Part shown: one piece after another, positions 1 through 6,496 of the stretch | Position numbering within the stretch: the first letter of the stretch is position 1 | Layout of the letters: every line of letters starts with the position of its first letter | Origin: Stellaceae bacterium | GTDB lineage: Bacteria; Pseudomonadota; Alphaproteobacteria; ATCC43930; CGMCC-115725 | Length of the DNA: 41,461 bases | Assembly: GCA_035507475.1 (NCBI GenBank) | Contig: DATJOB010000420.1 | Coordinates: 1-41,461, forward strand | Direction of reading: 5' to 3' | Made by a program: the position numbers and the translations under genes | Notes under the pieces: generated by a model | The model's database searches: none | What the model saw: only the letters and a program-made list of their open reading frames with translations | What the model was told of the DNA's origin: nothing

Positions 1-944
1 GCGATCTCGACATTCATGCGGTACTGATCGAGGGGGCCGGCGACCGCGCGTTCTGCGCCGGCGGCGATGTGCGCGCGGTCTATGAGGCCGGCAGGGGGAC
101 TTCCGGCGATTCGTCGTTCACCGCGGTGTTTTTTGCCGAGGAGTACCGCATCATCCTCGGAATCCACCGCTATCCGAAGCCCTATATCGCGCTGATCGAC
201 GGGATCACGATGGGCGGCGGCGCCGGGGTCTCGGTCAACGGCGCGTTCCGCGTCGCCACCGAGGCGACGATGTTTGCGATGCCGGAAACCGGCATCGGCC
301 TCTTCCCCGATGTCGGCGCGACCCGCTTTCTCAATCTCTGCCCCGGCCGGATCGGCCGCTATCTCGGGCTCAGCGGCGCGCGGCTCGCCGCCGCCGATGC
401 GCTCTACTGCGGCTTCGCCACGCATTTCGTGCCGCGGCAGCAGGTGCCGGCGCTGAAGGAAGCGCTCGCCGCGATCGCCTGGCGCGACGGCGAGGAGGGC
501 GCGCAAGTCGCGGCCGCGCTCGGCCGCTTCGCCGGCGAAGCGGGGACGCCGCCGCTCGCCGCGCGCCGCGCGGCCATCGACCGCTGCTTCGCCGGCGACA
601 CGGTGGAGGCGATCCTCGGCGCCCTGGATGATGAAACCCAGGATCGCGACTGGGCGGCGGAAACTCGCGCCACACTCCTGACGAAATCGCCGACCAGTCT
701 CAAGATCACGCTGCGCCAGCTGACGGTCGGCCGGGAGTTCGATCTCGACGAGGCGCTGCGGCTCGAATACCGGCTGACCCAGCATGTGATGGCGGGGCAT
801 GATTTCTATGAGGGCGTGCGCGCGACGCTGGTCGACAAGGACCAGCAGCCGCGCTGGCAGCCGCCGAGCCTCGCCGCGGTCGACGCGGCGACGGTCGGCG
901 GCTATTTCGCGCCGCTCGGCGACGGCGAATTGACGTTCGATTAG
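1..944 (+). CDS. 3-hydroxyisobutyryl-CoA hydrolase (enoyl-CoA hydratase/isomerase family), 5' end outside the window
   Basis: The reading frame is open from position 3 (DLDIHAVLIEGAGDRAFCAGGDVRAV...). It carries the crotonase-fold motif FAMPETGIGLFPDVGATRFL. It lies directly upstream of mmsB, the usual valine-catabolism pairing. Confidence 0.8.
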   Translation, partial: DLDIHAVLIEGAGDRAFCAGGDVRAVYEAGRGTSGDSSFTAVFFAEEYRIILGIHRYPKPYIALIDGITMGGGAGVSVNGAFRVATEATMFAMPETGIGLFPDVGATRFLNLCPGRIGRYLGLSGARLAAADALYCGFATHFVPRQQVPALKEALAAIAWRDGEEGAQVAAALGRFAGEAGTPPLAARRAAIDRCFAGDTVEAILGALDDETQDRDWAAETRATLLTKSPTSLKITLRQLTVGREFDLDEALRLEYRLTQHVMAGHDFYEGVRATLVDKDQQPRWQPPSLAAVDAATVGGYFAPLGDGELTFD

Positions 945-959
945 CGGAGGGACGCGGGG

Positions 960-1853
960 ATGGCGACGATCGGTTTTATCGGCCTCGGCAACATGGGCGC
1001 GCCGATGGCCGCCAACCTGCTGAAGTCGCAGCACAAGGTGACCGGCTACGATGTCGTGCCGACGCCGCTCGGCAGCCTCGAGCTGCAGGGCGGCAAGGCC
1101 GCGGCGACCGCCGCCGAGGCCGCCGCGTCGGGCGATATCGTCGTCACCATGCTGCCCGCCGGACCGCAGGTGCGCGCGGTCTATCTCGGCCCCGACGGCA
1201 TCCTCGCCAAGGCGAAGAAGGGCGCGCTGTTGATCGACTGCTCGACGATCGATGTCGAGACCGCCCGGCTGGTCGCCGAGGAAGCCAAGAAGGCCGGCTT
1301 CGAGATGCTCGACGCGCCGGTCTCGGGCGGGGTCATGGGCGCGCAGGCGGCGACGCTCACCTTCATGGTCGGCGGCAGCGAGGCGGCGTTCAAGAAGGGG
1401 CGTCCGATCCTCGCCAATATGGGCCGCACGCTGGTCCATGCCGGGCCTTCGGGCAGCGGCCAGATCGCCAAGATCTGCAACAACATGATGCTGGCGGTGA
1501 CGATGATCGGGGTGTGCGAGGGCTTTGCCCTGGCCGAGAAGCTGGGCCTGCCGGCGCAGACGCTGTGGGACATCTGCAGCACGTCGACAAGCCAATGCTG
1601 GGCGATGACCAACTACTGCCCGATGCCCGGCCCGGTGGCGGCGGCACCCTCCAATCGCGGCTATCCGGCCGGCTTCACCGCGGCCAACATGCTGAAGGAT
1701 TTGCGCCTGTCGCAGGCGGCCGCGGGGCAGGCCGCGGCGGCGACGCCGATGGGCGCGTCGGCCGCCAACCTCTACCAGCTCTTTGTCGACGGCGGCAAAG
1801 GCGGGCTCGATTTCTCGGCGATCATGCAGCTGGTGCGGCAGCAGCGGCATTAG
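960..1853 (+). CDS. mmsB: 3-hydroxyisobutyrate dehydrogenase
   Basis: N-terminal Rossmann motif IGFIGLGNMGAPMA. Full-length similarity to the beta-hydroxyacid dehydrogenase family (GSGQIAKICNNM). Sits 16 nt after the HIBYL-CoA hydrolase gene. Confidence 0.9.
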   Translation: MATIGFIGLGNMGAPMAANLLKSQHKVTGYDVVPTPLGSLELQGGKAAATAAEAAASGDIVVTMLPAGPQVRAVYLGPDGILAKAKKGALLIDCSTIDVETARLVAEEAKKAGFEMLDAPVSGGVMGAQAATLTFMVGGSEAAFKKGRPILANMGRTLVHAGPSGSGQIAKICNNMMLAVTMIGVCEGFALAEKLGLPAQTLWDICSTSTSQCWAMTNYCPMPGPVAAAPSNRGYPAGFTAANMLKDLRLSQAAAGQAAAATPMGASAANLYQLFVDGGKGGLDFSAIMQLVRQQRH

Positions 1854-1883
1854 CGCGTGAGAACGAAAAATTAACACAAACCT

Positions 1884-1914
1884 CGTTAGGTTTTCGAGCG
1901 GACGCGGCCTAACG
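1884..1914. promoter_or_regulatory. Inverted repeat CGTTAGG-N17-CCTAACG upstream of the MarR gene (candidate operator)
   Basis: Perfect 7-bp arms read directly, ending 10-40 nt upstream of the MarR start. MarR proteins commonly autoregulate through palindromes. No experimental or comparative support is available here. Confidence 0.25.
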
Positions 1915-1923
1915 GGGCGTGAG

Positions 1924-2397
1924 ATGAAGAACGGCTATCTCGAGGTGATCTCGCTCGTCGAGCGGCTTCACCGCCATTTTCTCGAAGTCGTCAAGCTCGA
2001 GCTCGACGGGCTCGGCATCCACGACATCAACAACGTGCAGGGCTTGATGCTGTTCAACATCGGCGACGCCGAGATGACGGTGGGCGAGCTGACGCTGCGC
2101 GGCTGCTATCTCGGCTCCAACGTCTCCTACAACGTCAAGAAGATGGTCGAGAACGGCTATCTCTCGCAGGAGCGCTCGGTGCACGACCGCCGCTCGATCC
2201 ACGTGCGCCTGACCGATAAGGGCGCGAAATTGCGCGACCGCCTGCAGAAGATGCACCAGCGCCACGTCGAGATGCTGAACCAGACCGCGATCACCGACGA
2301 GGACCTGTCGGCCGCGACGGTGACGCTGCGCCGGCTCGAGCGCTTCTGGATCCGCGCCGGCGACCTCGTGCAGCGGCCGGGCCAATACGCCGCCTGA
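1924..2397 (+). CDS. MarR-family winged-helix transcriptional regulator
   Basis: The 157-aa translation has a typical MarR wHTH core (MTVGELTLRGCYLGSNVSYNVKKMVENGYLSQERSVHDRRSIHVRLTDKG). Confidence 0.85.
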   Translation: MKNGYLEVISLVERLHRHFLEVVKLELDGLGIHDINNVQGLMLFNIGDAEMTVGELTLRGCYLGSNVSYNVKKMVENGYLSQERSVHDRRSIHVRLTDKGAKLRDRLQKMHQRHVEMLNQTAITDEDLSAATVTLRRLERFWIRAGDLVQRPGQYAA

Positions 2398-2425
2398 CCC
2401 GACAACAATTTGACGCGACCGCGGC

Positions 2426-2455
2426 GGGCTGCAATTTTGCAGCCCGTTTTGCTTT
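2426..2455 (+). terminator. Rho-independent terminator of the MarR gene
   Basis: GGGCTGCA-ATTT-TGCAGCCC is an 8-bp perfect stem. It is followed by the T-rich tract GTTTTGCTTT, 29 nt after the MarR stop. Confidence 0.7.
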
Positions 2456-2493
2456 GGCACCCGCCTGCGCGGATGCGGCGCCGGGCTGGTCCT

Positions 2494-2603
2494 GCAAGCC
2501 GGGCCGGACGGCCCGGCGCAGTCGGTAGCCGCAAGCCGGCCCGGACGGCCCGGCGCACTTGACAGCCGCAAGCCGGGCCGGACGGCCCGGCGCACTTGAC
2601 AGG
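2494..2603. repeat. Three tandem copies of a 37-bp unit, each containing the GC hairpin GCCGGGCC-GGAC-GGCCCGGC (REP-like)
   Basis: Copies start at 2494, 2531 and 2568, giving a period of 37. The unit is GCAAGCCGGGCCGGACGGCCCGGCGCACTTGACAGCC with one 1-nt indel. There are no spacers between units. Confidence 0.85.
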
Positions 2604-2611
2604 AGCCAGCG

Positions 2612-3037
2612 ATGCCGCCGCTCATGCAGCTCGAACCCGGGATCGCCGCCGCGGGCGCGCTCGGCGCCGCCGATATCGAGGGGCTCGCCGCCGCCGGGGT
2701 GAAGACCATCGTCAACAACCGCCCCGACGGCGAGGACCCCGGGCAGCTCCCGGCCGCCGAGGCGCGGCGCCTCGCCGCCGCGCACGGCATCGCCTATCAC
2801 CACATCCCGTTCGTCGCGGCGACGCTGAGCCGGGCCGATGTCGAGGCGTTCGAGGCGCTGCTCGGCAGCGCGCCGCAGCCGATCGTCGCGCATTGCCGCA
2901 GCGGCACCCGCTCGACGCTGCTCTGGGCGCTCTGCCGGATGCGCGCCGGCGACGACCCGATGGCGCTGGTCGCGCTCGGCGCGAGGAACGGCGTCGACAT
3001 CGCCGCGCTGCCGGCGATCGCCGCCCGGCTGCTGTAG
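2612..3037 (+). CDS. TIGR01244/DUF442-family protein (dual-specificity-phosphatase-like fold, putative sulfur-transfer or phosphatase domain)
   Basis: 141 aa with AGGAG 7 nt upstream of the ATG. Contains the HCX5R(S/T) loop AHCRSGTRS. The N-terminal pattern (AGVKTIVNNRPDGE) is typical of the stand-alone Blh N-domain family. Confidence 0.75.
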   Translation: MPPLMQLEPGIAAAGALGAADIEGLAAAGVKTIVNNRPDGEDPGQLPAAEARRLAAAHGIAYHHIPFVAATLSRADVEAFEALLGSAPQPIVAHCRSGTRSTLLWALCRMRAGDDPMALVALGARNGVDIAALPAIAARLL

Positions 3038-3115
3038 CGCGTCCACCACCACATGGCCAGAGCCGGGGCCGCGCCCGGCGCCGCCTCCGGGTCGTCGCCG
3101 CCCGCGCCATCGGCC

Positions 3116-5578
3116 TCAGCGCGGCGCGCCCTCGGCCGGGGCGGGGCCTAGCGCCGCCAGGTCGCGGTCGAGCAGGGCGACATCGTCCTGCCACTGGGTC
3201 CGCTCGGGATGGCGCGCGACGAGCGCGCTCATGATCGAGCGCGCCGCGGTGAAGTGCTCGCGCGCCTCCGCGGGTTTCGCGTCGCGCAGCGTGATCGCCA
3301 ACCGGGTATGCGCGATCGCGAGATCGTGCTGCGCCCCGACGCTCATCGGGTCGCGCGCCGCCAGCCGCTCGGCGATCGCCAGATCGGCGCGATACGCGTC
3401 GAGCGCCTCGGCGACATGGCCCTGCGCCGCGAGCGCCTTGCCCATCTTGTCGTAGGCGACCGAGAGGTCGCGCTGCCAGCCGGCGTTGTCGGGCTGCGCC
3501 TCGACCAGCCGCTGGCACACCGCCAGCACCTCGCGGTAGGAAGCGAGCGCGTCGTCTGTCGCACCGCCGCCGAGTTGCGCGTCGCCGACCTTCTCGGCCG
3601 CCACCGCGAGGTCGCGCTGCGCCGCGGCATTGGCGGGATCGGCGCGCGCGAGGCGGTCGAGGATCGACCAGGCGTCGCGATAGAGGCTGAGCGCCGCGGC
3701 GAAGTTCTTCTGCGCGACCAGCACGTCGCCGGTCTCGACCGACGAGACCGCAAGGTTGCGCTGCCAGTCGGCATTGCTCGGGTCGGTCTCCGCCAGCCGC
3801 TTGTCGATCTTCCGCGACTCGCCGAAGGAGTTGACCGCGTCGGGCAGATTGCCCTGGTCGAACTCGATCTCGCCGAGCTTGCCGTGTGCCACCGACAGCT
3901 CGCGCTGCCATAGGGTGTTCGTCGGGTCGGCCCGGGCGAGCCGCTCCCTGATCGCCAGGCTGCGGCGGTAGGAATCGAGCGCATCCGCGAGGTTGCCTTC
4001 GGCGGCGAGCGCCCCGCCGACCCGCTCGTGCGCGACCGAGAGATCGTGCTGCCACTCGGCGGAATCGGGGTCGGAGGCGGCAAGCTTCTCGCGGATCCCG
4101 AGGGAGTCGCGATAGGCGGCAAGCGCGGCCTGCAGCTCGCCCTGCGCCGCCTCGACGTCGCCGACCCGTTCCTCGAACACCGAGAGATCGCGCTGCGCGC
4201 CGGCGTTACCCGTGTCGGCGGCGGCCAGTTGCCGCGCCATCTCCAGCCCCTCGCGGTAGGTGGCAAGGGCGTCATCGGGCTTGCCCTGGCTGACCAGCGT
4301 GTCGCCGATCTTGTTGAGCGCGACCGAGACATCGCGCCGCCATCGCGGGTCGGCCGGATTGGCCGCGGCGAGCCGCTCGGCGATTTCTCGCTTCTGCCGG
4401 TAGGCCGCCAGTGCAGCGGCAAGATCGCCTTGCGCCATCGCGATGTCGCCGATCCGCTCCGCGGTGACGCCGACGCCGTATTGCCAGGCCGGGTCGGGGC
4501 GCAGCTTGACGAGCCGCTGGTAGGTCGCCGAGGCGTCGCCGAACACCGCGCGCGCCCCCGCGAGATCGCCCTTGGCGACCAGCACGTCGCCGACCTCGAC
4601 ATCGGCCGCGGCCATCGCCTCTTGGATTTCGGCATCGTTCCGCCGCTCCGCGGCGAGCCCGGCGAGCACCTGCTGCGCCGCGCGCGCATGCGACTCCTCG
4701 TTCGGGGTATCCCCGAGGATTTTGTAGTTGCGCGCGAACTGAATCAGCATCCACGCCTTGCGGTAGCGCAGGGCCGGGGTGGCGCGGCCGTATTTCGCCA
4801 TGTCGTCGAACAGGCCCTCGGCCTGCCCGAGCAGCGTCAGCGTCGCGCGGCGCGGCACGTTGTATTTCTCGGCCTGGGCGACGGCGCTGTCGACGATGCC
4901 GCTCGCGGTCTTGAGCGTGGCGTCGAGGAAGGCCTCGTTCGTCTTGAGCTGCACCCAGGCATAGATCGCGCTGCCGCTCGCCGCGACGGCCAGCACCGCG
5001 AGCGCCGCCATGATCGCGTGCCGCAGCCGCGCGCGACGCCGCCGGTCGCGCTCGGCGCGGCGGAACACCTCGTCGGGCGGCAGGCCGATCAGCCGCGCCA
5101 CCACCTTGGCGAGCGCGAGGTGCGCGCCGTCGCCGCTGTCGCGGATATCCGCCGCCAGCACGCCGTCCTCGCCGCGCAGCGCGGGCGGAAAGCACTCGCG
5201 CTCGCCGTGCCCCGGCTCGCCGTCGAGGATCACCGGGATCAGCGGCCGCTCCGGGTGGCGCGCGCGGAACAGCCGGACCTCCTCGTCGACCGGCGCGCTC
5301 TGCGCGGACGCCGGCGAAGCGAGCAGGATCAGCGCGTGCGCCGCGTCGAGCGCCGCCACGGTCTGCTCCGCCAGGCTGCCGCCGGCGGCGAAATCGTGGC
5401 GGTCGCGGAAGATCGGCCGCAGCTCCTTGGGAACCGGGCCCATGCCGGTGTCGCGGCCGACCAGGTCGCGGGCGATGCGGAAACCTTCGAGGCGCGCGTG
5501 CAGCCGCTTTGCCGCCGCGCTGTCGCGATGGCTGTATGACAGGAACGCGCGGTACTTGAGCGGCTGCGCCGTCGCCAT
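3116..5578 (-). CDS. TIR-domain protein with a single TM helix and a C-terminal TPR/Sel1-like helical repeat region
   Basis: Residues 8-165 are TIR-like: YRAFLSYSHRD, then ILLASPASAQSAPVDEEV, which aligns to the SxWCxxE catalytic-Glu helix. Residues 172-186 are Arg-rich (RRAERDRRRRARLRH). Residues 187-209 are hydrophobic (AIMAALAVLAVAASGSAIYAWV). Residues 314-793 are ten 48-aa helical repeats. The frame has high GC3 throughout. Confidence 0.85.
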   Translation of the reverse strand: MATAQPLKYRAFLSYSHRDSAAAKRLHARLEGFRIARDLVGRDTGMGPVPKELRPIFRDRHDFAAGGSLAEQTVAALDAAHALILLASPASAQSAPVDEEVRLFRARHPERPLIPVILDGEPGHGERECFPPALRGEDGVLAADIRDSGDGAHLALAKVVARLIGLPPDEVFRRAERDRRRRARLRHAIMAALAVLAVAASGSAIYAWVQLKTNEAFLDATLKTASGIVDSAVAQAEKYNVPRRATLTLLGQAEGLFDDMAKYGRATPALRYRKAWMLIQFARNYKILGDTPNEESHARAAQQVLAGLAAERRNDAEIQEAMAAADVEVGDVLVAKGDLAGARAVFGDASATYQRLVKLRPDPAWQYGVGVTAERIGDIAMAQGDLAAALAAYRQKREIAERLAAANPADPRWRRDVSVALNKIGDTLVSQGKPDDALATYREGLEMARQLAAADTGNAGAQRDLSVFEERVGDVEAAQGELQAALAAYRDSLGIREKLAASDPDSAEWQHDLSVAHERVGGALAAEGNLADALDSYRRSLAIRERLARADPTNTLWQRELSVAHGKLGEIEFDQGNLPDAVNSFGESRKIDKRLAETDPSNADWQRNLAVSSVETGDVLVAQKNFAAALSLYRDAWSILDRLARADPANAAAQRDLAVAAEKVGDAQLGGGATDDALASYREVLAVCQRLVEAQPDNAGWQRDLSVAYDKMGKALAAQGHVAEALDAYRADLAIAERLAARDPMSVGAQHDLAIAHTRLAITLRDAKPAEAREHFTAARSIMSALVARHPERTQWQDDVALLDRDLAALGPAPAEGAPR
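3200..4639 (-). repeat. Coding tandem array: 10 x 144 nt (48-aa units) inside the TIR gene
   Basis: Units begin at aa 314, 362, 410, 458, 506, 554, 602, 650, 698 and 746 with no indels. The consensus is approximately N-x-x-W-Q-R-D-L-S-V-x-x-x-K/R-V/I-G-D-x-x-x-x-Q-G-x-L-x-x-A-L-x-x-Y-R-x-x-L-x-I-x-E-R-L-A-x-x-D-P. Confidence 0.85.
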
Positions 5579-5698
5579 GGCTCGACCGCCGAAATCGGCG
5601 GTTGCAGCTTAACCCGGGCGGCGGCGGACCGGCAAACAGCGCCGCGGGCCGGCTTGACGTGGCGCCGCCGGACGCACCGCGCCGGTCCCGACCGGAGC

Positions 5699-6142
5699 CT
5701 ACTTCTTGGCGCGCGCCGCGCGGCGGCCGGTACCGCGGCCGAGCCCGATCTTCTTGGCGAATTCCGAGCGCTGCTGCGCATAGTTCGGCGCCACCATCGG
5801 ATAGTCGGGCGGCAGCCCCCATTTCGCCCGGTATTCGTCGGGCGACAGGTTGTAGGTCGAGCGCAGGTGGCGTTTCAGCATCTTCAGCTTCTTGCCGTCC
5901 TCGAGGCACACCAGGTATTCGGGCGTGATCGACTTGCGGACCGGCACCGCGGGCTTCAGCGCTTCCGGCGCGGCCTCGACCACCTGACCGTCGAGCGCCC
6001 GCAGCGAATTGTAGACCGCGTGAATAACGTCGCCGAGCTGACCGGTGGCCAAGGTATTATTGCTGACATAGGCCGCGACCACTTCGGTGGTCATGCGCAA
6101 CAATTCGTCGTCAGCCGATTTCGGCGCTCCCGTTTCTGCCAT
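5699..6142 (-). CDS. mucR: MucR/Ros-family transcriptional regulator
   Basis: Collinear with Agrobacterium Ros as recalled from memory: VAAYVSNN..., KPAVPVRKS, VCLEDGKKLKMLKRHL, YRAKWGLPPDYPMVAPNYAQQRSEFAKKIGLG. Confidence 0.9.
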   Translation of the reverse strand: MAETGAPKSADDELLRMTTEVVAAYVSNNTLATGQLGDVIHAVYNSLRALDGQVVEAAPEALKPAVPVRKSITPEYLVCLEDGKKLKMLKRHLRSTYNLSPDEYRAKWGLPPDYPMVAPNYAQQRSEFAKKIGLGRGTGRRAARAKK

Positions 6143-6180
6143 ATCCTGCCCCGTCGGGTAGAGTGGATGTTCCCAGGCTG

Positions 6181-6209
6181 ATAATTGCAGCCGCTTTTTT
6201 TGGTGTCAA
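6181..6209 (-). promoter_or_regulatory. Sigma70-type promoter for mucR (TTGACA-N17-AATTAT)
   Basis: The minus strand reads TTGACA (6209-6204), a 17-nt spacer, then AATTAT (6186-6181). This is about 39 nt upstream of the mucR ATG and lies in the only AT-rich patch of the region. Confidence 0.5.
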
Positions 6210-6496
6210 CGAAAACTCCGAGAGATAATAGTAATCGTCGTCGCCAAGTTGTCGTGGCGACTTATCTTTAGCTGGAGACCTGGGCATTCCGCGGAAAATC
6301 GCCGAGTCCGATTCATGCCTGTGCTTTGCCGCCGAACCAATAATCGGGATGAAGCCGGCGCCCGGCGAGGCCCGACAGACCTCCGCCGGTGACGCGAGGT
6401 CTGGTAGCCGGCTGACATCGCCACCCGAGATATGGTAGGCTTCCGGCGTGAAACAGCGGCGGTCGGCGCCGCTGCGCCCCGCCTCTTGCCGCGATA

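Noticed and set aside
1861-1890. Second EcfG-like promoter (GAGAAC...CGTT) upstream of the MarR gene.
   Set aside because: The -35 element is GAGAAC rather than GGAAC, and the spacer is 19 nt, outside the 16-17 nt window.
2494-2603. CRISPR array.
   Set aside because: The three 37-bp units are directly abutting, with no unique spacers. There are no cas genes in the window, and the units are self-complementary REP-like hairpins.
3116-5578. Assignment of the TIR gene to Thoeris (ThsB) or another named TIR defence system.
   Set aside because: The window contains no adjacent ThsA (SIR2/Macro-SLOG), STAND NTPase, CD-NTase, cyclase or Argonaute gene. Its neighbours are mucR and a convergent DUF442 gene. 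It is therefore reported as a stand-alone architecture rather than a known system.
6143-6496. ZTP (pfl) riboswitch or other known one-carbon riboswitch upstream of glyA.
   Set aside because: I could not find the conserved ZTP elements (GGGTCGTGACTGGCG-type 5' domain and CCGCCTGGGCA 3' domain) on either strand. Only generic GC hairpins are present. An Infernal scan would settle the question.
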